Shown: positions 1-10,896, counted from the stretch's first letter. The stretch: 64,000 bases of DNA from a bacterium (GCA_963663405.2 CAXXSM010000092.1:96001-160000), one strand, 5' to 3'. The notes: a model not told the origin generated them from the letters alone. Numbers and translations are program-made.

Positions 1-546
1 GTATTTCATATCCGGCGAAAAGGCCGTACCCGCTATGGTCGCATGTTCATAGTCTCCAAAAGTTTGAATGTAATCTCCCGTCTCCAAATCCCACATATCC
101 ACGAAAAAGCGTGGGCCTTCCGGTTTGTAGGATCCAATCAGAGCGTATTTTCCATCAGGAGAGATGTCTAGCGCATCGGTATAATTCAACAAACTGTCGA
201 AGGACAGAATCTCCCGCCCCGTTTCCACGTCCCAGAGAATACAGTAATTCCCCGCCGCTAACAATTTCGAACCATCTGGCGTAAACGCCAATCCCATAAT
301 CGTATGGCCCTCTTTGTAAAGCCGCTGAATGAATTCCCCAGTATATGTATCCCATAGAAACACGCCCTGATTCCCTCCCACCGCAACAATTTGCTCATCC
401 GGTGAGATGGCCACCGATTCCCTATAGCCATGGGTCAGGATCGTTTCGCCCGAAGGCCCGGTTAACGTTTGGGATTGAACGGATATCAACGAGCAAAGAT
501 AAATGAGTAACGCAATGGTAAGGACATAAGACTTGTGCAAAAACAT
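1..546 (-). CDS. Secreted WD40/beta-propeller protein, N-terminal part; runs off the window edge; paralog of 598..2758
   Basis: Not in the ORF track. Translated by hand from ATG at 546 (RBS AGGGAG): MFLHKSYVLTIALLIYLCSLISVQSQTLTGPSGETILTHG...SVAISPDEQ...GVFLWDTYTGE...GLAFTPDGSKLL...ILWDVETGREILSF. The frame is open to position 1 and aligns closely with the N-terminus of the neighbouring gene. Confidence 0.9.
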   Translation of the reverse strand, partial: MFLHKSYVLTIALLIYLCSLISVQSQTLTGPSGETILTHGYRESVAISPDEQIVAVGGNQGVFLWDTYTGEFIQRLYKEGHTIMGLAFTPDGSKLLAAGNYCILWDVETGREILSFDSLLNYTDALDISPDGKYALIGSYKPEGPRFFVDMWDLETGDYIQTFGDYEHATIAGTAFSPDMKY

Positions 547-597
547 AGCCAATCTCCCTTATTGCAATTGGTGATCATTACTACGCTCGATTCATTT

Positions 598-2758
598 CTA
601 ATACAATTCAAATCCTTCCACTGATGTCGTTTCTAACAAATCGGAAAGGCTCCATATTCGGATCGTGTGATCCTCACCCGCAGTTAGGAATGTTTTTCCG
701 TCTGGCGAGAAATCAATCGCGGTGATGGTCTCTTGATGGTTTCCATCAAAGGCGAACAATTGTTTCCCGCTGAATGTATCCCAGAGAACGATTGGTTTTT
801 TCTCTTCATTTTTATAATCGGAACACGCGGTAAGCAAATACTGACCATCAGGCGAAAATGATACGATATTCACGGAATGCAGAAAACTGTGGTATTGAAC
901 AAGAATCTCTCCCGTTTCCACGTCCCACAACAAAGATTTACTCTCACCGGCGCCTGTCACTAGGTACCGGCCATCCGTTGAAAATTCTGCGCAATAGAGA
1001 ATTCCCCTATGGCCCGTTAAAGTATGCAGCACATCCCCTGTCTCCGCGTCCCATAAGACCGCATCAATTAGCGTATTTTTTTTCGTGAGTACTTTAGATT
1101 CATCAGGAGAGAATCTGGCTACTTGAGGAAGATCGTATGGGAATATAGCAGAATGGCCGCATCTTCGATGAAGACGAATCTGTTGGAGGAACACTCGCAA
1201 GCGTATTCCCTCCGGCGCCCGTGGGTGGATTGATGAAGGAACGGATCTTATCTCCTGTCTCCACGTCCCAGATAGAGCCAAGTTCGTTATCATCCTCCGC
1301 GATTCCTGTAAGGATTTTCGTTCCATCACGGGTTACATCGAAGGAGAGATCGTCTCTTCCCAATACTGTCAGAGATTGGATTAAATCAGCGCTTTTCACA
1401 TCCCAGAGGTAGAATCGATTGGGATACACGCTCGTGATAAAATACCGGCCATTCTCTTCCGGATTGGAAAGATCTCCATCTCCAGAAAATGAGACGAAAT
1501 AGGCGTCGCCTTCTAAAGGAGAGAACGTACGAACGACCGAACCGTCTTCCACATTGATCAAGAAAGCGCATGAAGCGGTTCCCACACCGATTGTTTTTCC
1601 ATCTGGAGAGAATTTCGCGGTGTAAATGGATTGAATCGTATTTCCATAATTACAAATCAGTTTATTCGTTTCCAAATCCCATAGCTGCATCAAACCATAG
1701 TTCGTTCCAATGAAGTGCTGTTCACCAAGCCGGAGAGGGTACTCATCTGAGAGATCCCATATTGATCCGTAATTCGACACGATTACGCGCCGTTTGTCTT
1801 TCAAGAGATAGCCGTATTCGCCCGATCCGGGACACTCAATTCGTTCCATGGCTCTTCCCGTCTCCGGATTAATATATTCAATCGCCACTGAATCATTTCC
1901 AATTATGTTCCCCTTGGAAATCGATATAATTTGATTGCCATCGGGTGCAAATTGAGCGGATCCAGACAGTATTACTCTTCTTACATACTCACCAGTTAAG
2001 GTTTCCCAAAGATACCCGCGAAGAATAGTACCATGACTGCTTTGTTCAGCCGCTAATAGATAATTGCCATCGGGTGAAAAGGAAACGGATTTAAAGACGT
2101 AATAACTCTGAGCGTATGTGACGAGTTTCTCTCCCTCTTCAGCGCTCCATAAATCCAGCGCACTTTCCTGTTTCAACCCTACATTCTTGGTCAACTCGAT
2201 CGTGCCAATCGCGATGTATTTAATGTCGGGCGAAAAGACCGCTTGTGAGATGGCTGTGCGATAGGCGCCATAAGCGCGGACAAACGTTCCTGTTTCCAAG
2301 TTCCACATCTCGACGCGGAACGTTTCACAGTCCTCATCACAGGTACCAATGAGCGCGTATTTCCCATCGGGAGAGATACTGAATCCATCCGTCACATTCA
2401 TCAAGCAATCGAAAGACAAGATCTCTCGCCCCGTCGCAACATCCCAGAGGATGCAATAATTTCCAAGCGCCAACAGTTTCGAACCATCCGGTGTGAACGC
2501 CAATCCCAAAACAAGATGATCCTTTTTATAGAGCCGCTGGATCAGTTCACCGGTATCTGTATCCCATAGAAACACTCCAAACTCACCACCCGTCGCAAAA
2601 AGGCGCTCATCGGGCGAGACCGCCACGGAATACACTGGACCAGCGTTCAAAATCGTTTCACCCGAAGGCCCTATAACCGGTTGTGAATAAACGGGAGTTA
2701 ACAAACAGATGGATACAAGTAGCACAATAATTGAGGAGTAAATATCACGTGGATTCAT
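598..2758 (-). CDS. Secreted WD40-repeat protein, one apparent frameshift near 1140-1200
   Basis: Signal peptide and many FSPDG...LWD repeats. ORF 1103..2758 continues in the frame of ORF 598..1329 (…QVARFSPDESKVL…GHRGILYCAEFSTDG…) and ends TTSVEGFELY. Confidence 0.88.
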
Positions 2759-2999
2759 AATTTATCTCACTTATCAATTGAATAGGGTGGAGGAAATCTA
2801 AACTATAATAACCAATCATTTCCCGGACGAGACTAATCTATCACAAAAAATAATATGGATTGGTATGGGTATGTAAAATGTTGTACAGAGAGGGGTATTA
2901 TGAAGAGATCATGAAAACTTTTTACATATTCAAATTATTAATAAGGAGAGAAACGAGACAGATCAAGGATATCAGCGCTTGAATAATCGGATCAAGGAA

Positions 3000-4523
3000 T
3001 CACACATTCTTCCGGTTGGCTAAACTGAAAAGAGACGCGGCGATCAACAGCGCGATCGTACCCGCCGTACCGACGATAATGCTGTCGAGATTGCATTCCA
3101 GCCATTGCAGCGATGTCGGCGTTATTTTCATATTGAATGTTGTGTTAAGATATTCAATCTTTTCCGGCAGATCGCGGGCGAATGTGCCCCATCCGATCAC
3201 GATAAAACTGATCAAGATGGAGACCAGCCCCTGCCATACTTGCAACCGCGTCCGGAACAGCGCCAGCAAGAACAAACCCAGGATCGCACCGCCGAAGATG
3301 CCCGATACCGCCCACCAGAGATCCAGTGTGCTGCCGCCTCCATAAATACAGAGGATCGCGAATCCGGTTCCTAAAATTCCCCACAACACGGTGATGAAGC
3401 GGAGAATGAATACGCTGTTCGCTTCGTCCACATCCGGATTGATATAGCGCTTATGAAAATCCAACAGGTAGACCGTCGCCGAACAATTCAACGCCGAATC
3501 GACCGTGCTCATCGCCGCCGCGATAATCGCCGCTACAATCAAGCCTTTCAATCCAACAGGCAACTGCGTAGCGATAAAATATGGAAAAACTTGATCGCCC
3601 TTGGTGATCTCTTCGGGCAGACCGGTCTGGGAGTAGAACGCGAAGAGCGCCGTTCCGATATAGAGAAAGACAGCGGTTAATGGAATGTAGATCAACATCG
3701 CGATCCAGATCGAGCGTTTGGCTTCCCGTTCCGTCGCGACAGTCGAGTATTTCTGCACGTAATTCTGATCGGCGATCAGGTTGCGCAGATTATCGAACAC
3801 CCCAAACAGAATCATCACCCAAATCGTCCGGGTGGTCAAATCGAAATCCCAACTGCCCCAGCTGAATTTATTCTCTGCGATCGCCGCTTGAATTAATGGT
3901 TGATCGCCGGAGAAAATCGATATGCTGAGACTAATCGCGCAGAAGGCGATTCCGACGATCATGATTACCGATTGGACTACATCCGTCCAAATGACCGCTT
4001 GCATACCACCCAGCAACGTATAAACAATCGTGACTACGCCGATCAGCACAATCACGGCGCCGATATTGAGTGGCACAAAATTGGTCAGCAACAAGCCGGC
4101 GAGATAGAGAATCACCGCGACGCGCCCAATCATTAATAAGAGAAAACAGAGTCCCGCATAAATCCGCGCCCAGGCGCCCAACCGCTCTTCCAAAAATTTA
4201 TACACGGAAATTAGGTTCAATTTCCGGTAATACGAGACCACGTACCGGCAGGTCAGCCAGGCTACGGGAAAGATGCAGATGGAGAAGATTATCGGATTCC
4301 AGTTGGCGTCAAACGCCTTCCCCGGCGTCGCGATGTACGAGATGCTGCTCGTATAGGTACTCATCACCGCCAATCCCGCCGCCCATGCGGGGATCGTCCG
4401 TCCGGCGACCATAAACTGCTCCGCCGTCTGGCTCTTCCTCACAAAATAAATTCCCATTACAACCAACACAATCGCGTATAGGATCAAAATCCCAGAATCG
4501 ATCGCTCCAAGACTTTCGTTCAC
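3000..4523 (-). CDS. Sodium:solute symporter (SSS/SLC5 family)
   Basis: Polytopic membrane protein with FMVAGRTIP, YTLLGGMQAVIWTDVVQ, DQNYVQKY and AAAMSTVDSALN motifs. Confidence 0.93.
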   Translation of the reverse strand: MNESLGAIDSGILILYAIVLVVMGIYFVRKSQTAEQFMVAGRTIPAWAAGLAVMSTYTSSISYIATPGKAFDANWNPIIFSICIFPVAWLTCRYVVSYYRKLNLISVYKFLEERLGAWARIYAGLCFLLLMIGRVAVILYLAGLLLTNFVPLNIGAVIVLIGVVTIVYTLLGGMQAVIWTDVVQSVIMIVGIAFCAISLSISIFSGDQPLIQAAIAENKFSWGSWDFDLTTRTIWVMILFGVFDNLRNLIADQNYVQKYSTVATEREAKRSIWIAMLIYIPLTAVFLYIGTALFAFYSQTGLPEEITKGDQVFPYFIATQLPVGLKGLIVAAIIAAAMSTVDSALNCSATVYLLDFHKRYINPDVDEANSVFILRFITVLWGILGTGFAILCIYGGGSTLDLWWAVSGIFGGAILGLFLLALFRTRLQVWQGLVSILISFIVIGWGTFARDLPEKIEYLNTTFNMKITPTSLQWLECNLDSIIVGTAGTIALLIAASLFSLANRKNV

Positions 4524-4663
4524 GTTTAACCTCCAATTGAAAATATCGAGTGTTAGAATCGTAGACGAACCAGATCATTTTACCAGGGCAAACGGGGATT
4601 TTTGGGGATTGTTTTAATCCTAAAAAAGAAATTGGGGGAATTATTGTTAAGGTAGTGTCTCAA

Positions 4664-5059
4664 TTACGGACATTGAAAACCAGGACTCTTATGAGCCTTC
4701 TTATCAAAACTGAGGACAGTATCATACCCCTCGTGTAACGCAATCTGTTGAATCAAATAATCAGAAAAATCCGCTTTGCCTATCCGGTAGAGTTGAAGGG
4801 CTTTCCTGCAAACCTCCTGCCTTTCAACATCAAATACAGAAACAGATAATATATCTTGCAATACATTAAGACGATCATGTTTAGATATTCTGTAGGCCGT
4901 TTGTAAAACCCAGTTTACTTCACATAATACAATACAAGAGATGAAAGCGGGTTTTTCCGGCGTCAACTTTTCAATCGCTTTAGTTGCTTTACGCGCCTGC
5001 GCTTGATCGTCTTGCATGATGTAACGCAGAAGTACATTCGTATCCAGCGCGATCATCAC
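4664..5059 (-). CDS. vapC: VapC-like PIN-domain toxin
   Basis: 131 aa with ALDTNVLLRY, EVNWVL, DFSDYLI and SFDKK motifs; overlaps the antitoxin stop codon. Confidence 0.92.
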   Translation of the reverse strand: MMIALDTNVLLRYIMQDDQAQARKATKAIEKLTPEKPAFISCIVLCEVNWVLQTAYRISKHDRLNVLQDILSVSVFDVERQEVCRKALQLYRIGKADFSDYLIQQIALHEGYDTVLSFDKKAHKSPGFQCP

Positions 5060-5298
5060 TCATGAATCCCTGCGTTTTCCGCAATTGCCCGCTCCATATC
5101 ATCGAGTGTTTTCGGCGCCCCCTCATAAGACAAACAGCCTTTCAATACCCGAACATCTAAAGTCTTTGGCCTTACAAGACATGCGCCATCCTTCAACATT
5201 TCAAAGACCAATTTATCACCTGTTTTCAGATGCATTGTATCCCGCAGGTTTTTGGGCAAAGTGATCTGACCTTTACTCGTTACAGTCGCTTCCATCAT
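5056..5298 (-). CDS. AbrB/MazE/SpoVT-family antitoxin
   Basis: ATVTSKGQITLPKNLR...GDKLVF signature. RBS AAGGAG precedes ATG at 5298/5295. Confidence 0.92.
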   Translation of the reverse strand: MMEATVTSKGQITLPKNLRDTMHLKTGDKLVFEMLKDGACLVRPKTLDVRVLKGCLSYEGAPKTLDDMERAIAENAGIHE

Positions 5299-5329
5299 CA
5301 ATTTCTCCTTTCGACTCACCTCTTAAATA

Positions 5330-5354
5330 TAGCATTATTTAGCATTGAATGCTA
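5330..5354. promoter_or_regulatory. Probable toxin-antitoxin autoregulatory operator
   Basis: Perfect palindrome TAGCATT-G-AATGCTA (5340-5354) plus an extra TAGCATT half-site (5330-5336), just upstream of the antitoxin. Function is inferred from typical type II TA autoregulation. Confidence 0.55.
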
Positions 5355-5449
5355 TTTAATACTGCGCTTCTGCTGAATATAGAATTCATGAACAATTCGT
5401 TTCTGGAAGAAAGGACCGAGATACTATTAAAACTTCACTCAAATGAAAA

Positions 5450-5474
5450 GGGGACAGACCCTTCGTCTGCCCCC
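5450..5474 (-). terminator. Rho-independent terminator of 5504..6445
   Basis: Imperfect GC hairpin GGGGACAGAC/GTCTGCCCCC followed by a T-run on the minus strand. Confidence 0.6.
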
Positions 5475-5503
5475 ACTTGTATTCGATTCAATAAAACAAT
5501 GTC

Positions 5504-6445
5504 TTAATGCGACTGCCACATCCCCACGGGTGTTTCACCCATCGTCCAGCGGATAATTCGGGCGGTCAATTCTTCTCCATCAGCCGTGAGATGCTCGATC
5601 ACGTTCAACCAATCCGGAGGCAGTTCGGCGCCGTTCATCGGACGCACTTGACCCGTCCAGAATATTGTCGACATCCGCGCCGTCGCGACGCCATCGGCGA
5701 GAGCTCCACCGGCTTCGACGACCGCAATAGCCGCCTTAGTTGGATTGTCTTTCCAAGTGGCTAGAACAACGGTTCCTTCCGCCGCTAAATCGACGGAATC
5801 ATAAATTCCTGTCCAAGCATCCCCTGGATTTTCGGGTGGCCCTTCGGGGCCATCTCCGAAGACTACGATTTCATCGGGGAAACCAGCGGTTAATTCGTGA
5901 GTTTTTCCCGCTTCGGTGAGTACAAGTGTATCGATACCACTAATATCTCCACTTTCCTCTCCAATAAAGAAACCACATGATCCAAGTTTGGCTCGCGTGC
6001 CAAAACAGGAGTGTTCACCCTGCACCACAGGAATTCCGTAATCCTTCACCGGCGGGGCGATGGATGACCAGCATGTGCCAGTATTGTAAATAAGATCGTA
6101 TTCATTATCCTGGAAGAAGTTCGGCTGCCACATATAGACACCGGGATTGATATACACATCATAGCCACGGCCCTCTTCATCGCCTTCCATCAGCATATAC
6201 TGAACGACGTAATCCGGCATGAGAATCGGCAGGTAGCCCATCCCATCGAGCATGTGTCTCGTTAATTCATCGTCCATCGAAAAGTGAGGCATGACATCAA
6301 AATCAAGGTTCCCGCCTGACGCTGCGCCATCACTTTCAGGACACCAGGAAATCCGGCCGATAAGAGCGATTTTTTTCGGCTGCGCGTCAGCCATCACCAC
6401 ACAAAACGCTAAAAGAATGACACTTAACAACAAAGTTTTTTTCAT
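5504..6445 (-). CDS. Secreted hypothetical protein
   Basis: Signal peptide MKKTLLLSVILLAFCVVMADA and RBS AAGGAG; acidic mature region; ends ETPVGMWQSH. Confidence 0.85.
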   Translation of the reverse strand: MKKTLLLSVILLAFCVVMADAQPKKIALIGRISWCPESDGAASGGNLDFDVMPHFSMDDELTRHMLDGMGYLPILMPDYVVQYMLMEGDEEGRGYDVYINPGVYMWQPNFFQDNEYDLIYNTGTCWSSIAPPVKDYGIPVVQGEHSCFGTRAKLGSCGFFIGEESGDISGIDTLVLTEAGKTHELTAGFPDEIVVFGDGPEGPPENPGDAWTGIYDSVDLAAEGTVVLATWKDNPTKAAIAVVEAGGALADGVATARMSTIFWTGQVRPMNGAELPPDWLNVIEHLTADGEELTARIIRWTMGETPVGMWQSH

Positions 6446-6687
6446 GAAAATTCTCCTTCGATCCTTTTAGGATTCAATAACGAATAATAAGATTTTCCAT
6501 CATTTCCCCCCAAAATAACATTGGGGAAATCATTACGAACAGACTACCACCTCCTTTCCCTATAGGAACTCTCCCCTATCAAAATCAATAGCGGCAATCT
6601 TCTAAATAAGACTACATAACCATAAAACTATACGGCTTTTTAACACAATATAATAGGAAACTCCACCCTTATTCAGAGAAAAAGTTA

Positions 6688-6780
6688 TTAAAATGAGTTT
6701 CCGAGATTTGCTCGTTTCCGATTACTCTCGCAACTCATTTTCATTTGCAGTTGTGATCTCAATCATGCTGGTTTATATGA
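6688..6780 (+). repeat. Dispersed ~95-bp hairpin repeat, family A, copy 1
   Basis: AAAATGAGTTTCCGAGA...TCTCGCAACTCATTTTCATTTGCAGTTGTGATCTCAATCATGCTGGTTTATA; homologous copies at six other intergenic sites. Confidence 0.9.
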
Positions 6781-7121
6781 ATTCACTCTTCTTCCTCTGT
6801 AGGATGCGTGCGGACAGCGGCGGTGTAAGGAAATTCCTGTAAATCGTGAAGACGGAATAATAAGTATTCCGATGGAGGCGCAATTTGGCTGGAATCCGTT
6901 TCATTATAGAGAACAATGTCGCAGGGAATTGACGCAAGAACGATGGAATCACGCGATCCCGCCCGTCCCCAGATATAGAGCCCTGTAACGAGCAACTCGT
7001 GACCGAATATCTCCGGCGTCAACGAAAGATCTTTTTTCAGCCCTAAATGCGTTTTCTTCAGCCAAAGGCTGCGAAGGAATTCGGCTTGTTTTTCTCCGTC
7101 CACGAAAAGCCGCTCCGGACA

Positions 7122-8726
7122 TTATTCGATGGAAGAATCTTTACTGATTGTGATCTCTTTGATCGCGAGAGATCCATTCGATACAGCGAACCGAAAATCG
7201 GACGCGCCATTCTGCCGGTTGACGAAACGGGCGTCCCGCAGATTTACGGTACTATCAATCCATCGTTTTGTATGGCCGCATAAAACTTGCGGCGCGGTTT
7301 TGTAGGCGCCGTTCAACGTGGCGTTCCGGTCGTGTGAATCGTATTGCGGCGCATGCCAATCGAATCCATTGTCCCAATAGGTATACGTCAACGTTAGTGA
7401 TAATTCATCATCGAAATAAAATGGATCTACAACGGAGAAGTACATATAACTATTTGCCGCTTCGACCGTCACAATACAAGGAACACCGTCAAACGAAGCG
7501 GTTTTAACAGGGCCATCGGGCTGACCGCGCGTCAGTTTGATCCCTTCGGACTGGATCGGATCACCCAGCGTGATTCGGACCGACGCGACGTCTTTATATT
7601 CAACTCCTTCATTCGAGGCGGGACGAGGCAGTAGATCGGGATGTTTCAAAACTATTGTTTCATCCGTTTTTTCATTCCGCTTGAAACGGGCTCCATATTC
7701 TTTCGTCAGTTCAATGTAAAGACGCCCATACTCTTTCGATTCACAGATATCCGTTCCCTCGTGCATTTCGTTCCAGGTTTCAATTAGGGCGATCTTTGCG
7801 TCACTGTTCAGCGCGCCGATCCAGTTTAAACGATAAAAATCACCCTGCTCACGGTCACGGATGGGTGTAGATCGGCCGGGAACCGCGCTGTCATTGTACC
7901 CAGCGCCGATCTGTACAACCGAATCAAATACATTTGGGCCTCCGAGCGCCGCCCCCCACTGTGTCACGGCGTCTACGGAGAATGACCAGGAACTATCTTT
8001 GATGATATAGGGCCGCACACCATGGAAATCTTTCTGGAAACGAGCGTAGACATAATCGATTGTGCTTTGATTGTGTTTTTTGGCAAACGCGCTGCTATAA
8101 AACACAACGATTGGACGCCCCTCTATACACGCCCAATGCTTGGGATCGATCTGGTAGAAGAAATCACGGATCGTACGGTAGAAAATATCTTTTCCCTCCG
8201 CAGTGGTTAGATCGTATTTCTCGGAACGGCCCTCAACCCCCCGGATTCCCGGCAACAGTGTGCTCGTATCGTAAAACAGGCCAATCTTAGGCGAAGGTTT
8301 CCCTTCCCGTTCCCGCTGTTCGATCGCCCATTGCAACGGACCGAGTCCCCGAACGCTGAAAAAGATCCCATTCCGGAAATAATTATCCACCACGCCCCAA
8401 TACACGGGCAAAATAAAATCAATTCCGGCTTCCACACAATCCTCGATTTCCTTCGCATGCCAAGTGGCGGAATTATAACTAACTGCTTCGGAGACGGGAA
8501 AATGATCCTGCAGGGCGTCATCAGTTTGCGCGGCGTTGTCAAAAAAATGGGATTGAGGATAGCTGTACCAATAGAAGTAGTGCGTGCCGACCAATTTCCG
8601 CGTACTCTGAAACGATTCAATCCGCGCCAAATCCCCCACGTTCCACACCGGAATAAAATCGTCTCCCATAGCCGTAAAAGAGACCAAACCAAAAATGACG
8701 AATGTCAAAAACGATCGAATAATCAT
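7122..8726 (-). CDS. Secreted DUF5010-like / GH99-like glycoside hydrolase with C-terminal beta-sandwich domain
   Basis: Signal peptide; GTHYFYWY, GIDFILPVYWG, GAGYNDSAVPGR and IETWNEMHEGT motifs. Confidence 0.7.
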   Translation of the reverse strand: MIIRSFLTFVIFGLVSFTAMGDDFIPVWNVGDLARIESFQSTRKLVGTHYFYWYSYPQSHFFDNAAQTDDALQDHFPVSEAVSYNSATWHAKEIEDCVEAGIDFILPVYWGVVDNYFRNGIFFSVRGLGPLQWAIEQREREGKPSPKIGLFYDTSTLLPGIRGVEGRSEKYDLTTAEGKDIFYRTIRDFFYQIDPKHWACIEGRPIVVFYSSAFAKKHNQSTIDYVYARFQKDFHGVRPYIIKDSSWSFSVDAVTQWGAALGGPNVFDSVVQIGAGYNDSAVPGRSTPIRDREQGDFYRLNWIGALNSDAKIALIETWNEMHEGTDICESKEYGRLYIELTKEYGARFKRNEKTDETIVLKHPDLLPRPASNEGVEYKDVASVRITLGDPIQSEGIKLTRGQPDGPVKTASFDGVPCIVTVEAANSYMYFSVVDPFYFDDELSLTLTYTYWDNGFDWHAPQYDSHDRNATLNGAYKTAPQVLCGHTKRWIDSTVNLRDARFVNRQNGASDFRFAVSNGSLAIKEITISKDSSIE

Positions 8727-8890
8727 GCCACGATCCTCCTACTTAAATCCAAGAACGAATAGTCTATTTTCGAACAATCACCATTGTTTGTAAATGTGAA
8801 TCGCAGAATGGGGAGGAAATGAATGAAGAAAAAAGGGGAGGATAATCTTATAAAATTATGAAAAAATATACGGTTAAAAACCAGCCACTC

Positions 8891-9229
8891 TTATTGTTTC
8901 GGTTCCTCCTCCAGCACCGTCGCGATGGCGCCTTGTGAGATTTCGATCTTCACCGGTTCTCCTTTTACCTCTGAAATCCGGATCACGGCTTGCCCTTCTT
9001 TTTCTTTTATGCTGACAATCGTGCCGAATAATCCCCCGGTCGTGACGATTTTATCGCCTTTTTTCAAACGGGCGATTTTTTCTTGATGACGTTGTTTCTC
9101 CTTCTGCTGCGGGCGAATCAGAATAAAGTAAAAGACGAGAAAAATCGCCCCGATCATCATCAGGCTCGATCCCAATGGATTTTGAGGCGCGGCGGATTCC
9201 GCGGCCAGCACGGGTAGCAGAGAAAACAT
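8891..9229 (-). CDS. yajC: Preprotein translocase subunit YajC
   Basis: FYFILIRPQQK...LKKGDKIVTTGGLFGTI signature. Confidence 0.95.
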   Translation of the reverse strand: MFSLLPVLAAESAAPQNPLGSSLMMIGAIFLVFYFILIRPQQKEKQRHQEKIARLKKGDKIVTTGGLFGTIVSIKEKEGQAVIRISEVKGEPVKIEISQGAIATVLEEEPKQ

Positions 9230-9247
9230 GGAAGAACTCCTTTTGAT

Positions 9248-9306
9248 TTAAACCATCATGATTGAGATCACAAACGAGTAAATCTCGGAAACTCATTTTC
9301 ATATAG
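9248..9306 (-). repeat. Family A repeat, copy 2 (internally deleted)
   Basis: Reverse strand reads TATATGAAAATGAGTTTCCGAGATTTACTCGTTTGTGATCTCAATCATGATGGTTTA; the second hairpin arm is missing. Confidence 0.85.
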
Positions 9307-9395
9307 ACTAACGAGATTAGTATACGATCCACGATTCGAAGAACAAGGTTTGACGCGAATCCAAATCCACTCCGCCTATCAATTCATCAGGCCAA

Positions 9396-10499
9396 TCACG
9401 AAAGTTTTTTATAGATTTTAAGAACGTCTCGCGCCATAGTCTCTTGGCAAAACAACTGCGCCGCTCGCGTTCGCGCCGCGTTTCCATATTGAATTCGCAG
9501 TGTTTTATCCGCGAGCAGTTGATTCAGCGCATCCGCCAGCTGTTTCTGATTGTTTGGGGGAACAACCAAACCCGTCTCTTTATGTAGATTTACATACGAT
9601 GTGCCCGTTCCCAGTTCCGTCGAGACAAGAGGCCGCCCGCAGGAAGCCGCTTCCGCCAATACTAATCCAAACGCTTCTGAACGGTAGATCGAGGGAAGAC
9701 AAAACACATCCGACGCAAAATAGTAAGGCCGTACTGATTCGACCTGTCCGAGAAAGATCACCCGGTCCGTCAGGCGCAGACGATTTGCAAATTCCATCAG
9801 ATTTGCTAATAATGGCCCATCCCCGACGATTAACAATTTTCCTTCCACCTGTTTCATTGCTTCGATTAATACATGCAATCCCTTGTAATAGCGCAGGATT
9901 CCGACGAATAGCACTAACCGGTCTCCATACCTTCGCCGGATCACCTGCGCTTGTTCGCCGATTTCAGGATTAAAAGTATACCGGTTTAAGGGGATACCTA
10001 GCGGGACCACATCACATTTATTTTGATACGGCCGTAAAACATCGGATGTTTGGAGATAGTTGGGTGAGGTGACGATAATCCGGTCCGCTTGGTTCAAAAA
10101 CGCTTTCCGGAACGGATCGTAGAAAGCGAGCCATCTCTTTTGCCGGATGATGTCGCTGTGATAATGAACGACGATCTTTCCGCGAGGCCGAACCAATAGA
10201 TGGGACAGCACCGCTGTTGGATTGGGCAGGTGATAGTGAAGAATATCCGCCTTTAATTTTTTGAGCCAATAGGGAAAATAGGGAGACATCGGCGCGGATA
10301 AAAACCGCCCCCACTCTCCCGCCTTGTACACGGTGGTTCCTTCCACCTCGGCGATTTCTGATTTCCGCTTGCGGCTGCAAATTAAAACTGAAACGTCCTC
10401 GCATTCATCGCGGATTCCTTCAATAATCCGATTGATCGCGATTTCGATCCCCCCGCAGATGGGTGGATAATAATCTTTATAAACATGTAAAATCCGCAC
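9396..10499 (-). CDS. Glycosyltransferase family 4 (GT-B)
   Basis: Probable GTG start at VRILHVYKDYYPPICGGIE; EAFGLVLAEA motif. The longer N-terminus in the ORF track reads through a repeat. Confidence 0.9.
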   Translation of the reverse strand: MRILHVYKDYYPPICGGIEIAINRIIEGIRDECEDVSVLICSRKRKSEIAEVEGTTVYKAGEWGRFLSAPMSPYFPYWLKKLKADILHYHLPNPTAVLSHLLVRPRGKIVVHYHSDIIRQKRWLAFYDPFRKAFLNQADRIIVTSPNYLQTSDVLRPYQNKCDVVPLGIPLNRYTFNPEIGEQAQVIRRRYGDRLVLFVGILRYYKGLHVLIEAMKQVEGKLLIVGDGPLLANLMEFANRLRLTDRVIFLGQVESVRPYYFASDVFCLPSIYRSEAFGLVLAEAASCGRPLVSTELGTGTSYVNLHKETGLVVPPNNQKQLADALNQLLADKTLRIQYGNAARTRAAQLFCQETMARDVLKIYKKLS

Positions 10500-10588
10500 T
10501 ATAACAGGCCTTGAAAAGCATTCAGTGTGGGTTGGAATAAAAGATTGTCTGAACCATGATTTAAAATCAGGAAAATCAAGAGAATCAT

Positions 10589-10683
10589 GTAAACCATCAT
10601 GATCGAGATCACAACTGCAAATGAAAATGAATTGCGATAGAAATCGCGAACGAGCTAGTCTCGGAAATTCATTTTCATATAAA
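10589..10683 (-). repeat. Family A repeat, copy 3
   Basis: Full-length reverse copy: TAAACCATCATGATCGAGATCACAACTGCAAATGAAAATGAATTGCGA...TCTCGGAAATTCATTTTCATATA. Confidence 0.9.
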
Positions 10684-10799
10684 TCAAGGTTCGGACAATC
10701 ACATTCCGGCAATCACCCAAGAGTAGATAAAAAAACCGGAACCACTTCTACAAAATACTAGCCAAATATATTCGCAATTAAAGTTGCTGTAAATTCTTT

Positions 10800-10896
10800 T
10801 TATATGAAAATGAGTTCCTAAAGCAGTCTCGTTCGAATTCGCTCCCACAACTCATTTTCATTTGCAGTTGTAATCTTAAATCATGCTGGTCTATAT
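10800..10896 (+). repeat. Family A repeat, copy 4
   Basis: TTATATGAAAATGAGTTCC...CAACTCATTTTCATTTGCAGTTGTAATCTTAAATCATGCTGGTCTATA; inverted relative to copy 3. Confidence 0.9.

Noticed and set aside
6783-7120. 106-aa minus-strand ORF, a possible frameshifted small plus-strand ORF (MEAQFGWNPFHY...), or an ncRNA
   Set aside because: No recognisable motif, no convincing RBS and no known RNA signature; I cannot choose among the alternatives from sequence alone.
10500-10712. Unusual 70-aa N-terminal extension on the GT4 enzyme, and similar short ORFs at 9051..9332 and 31551..31757
   Set aside because: These are translations of family A repeat DNA; different copies are open in different frames.
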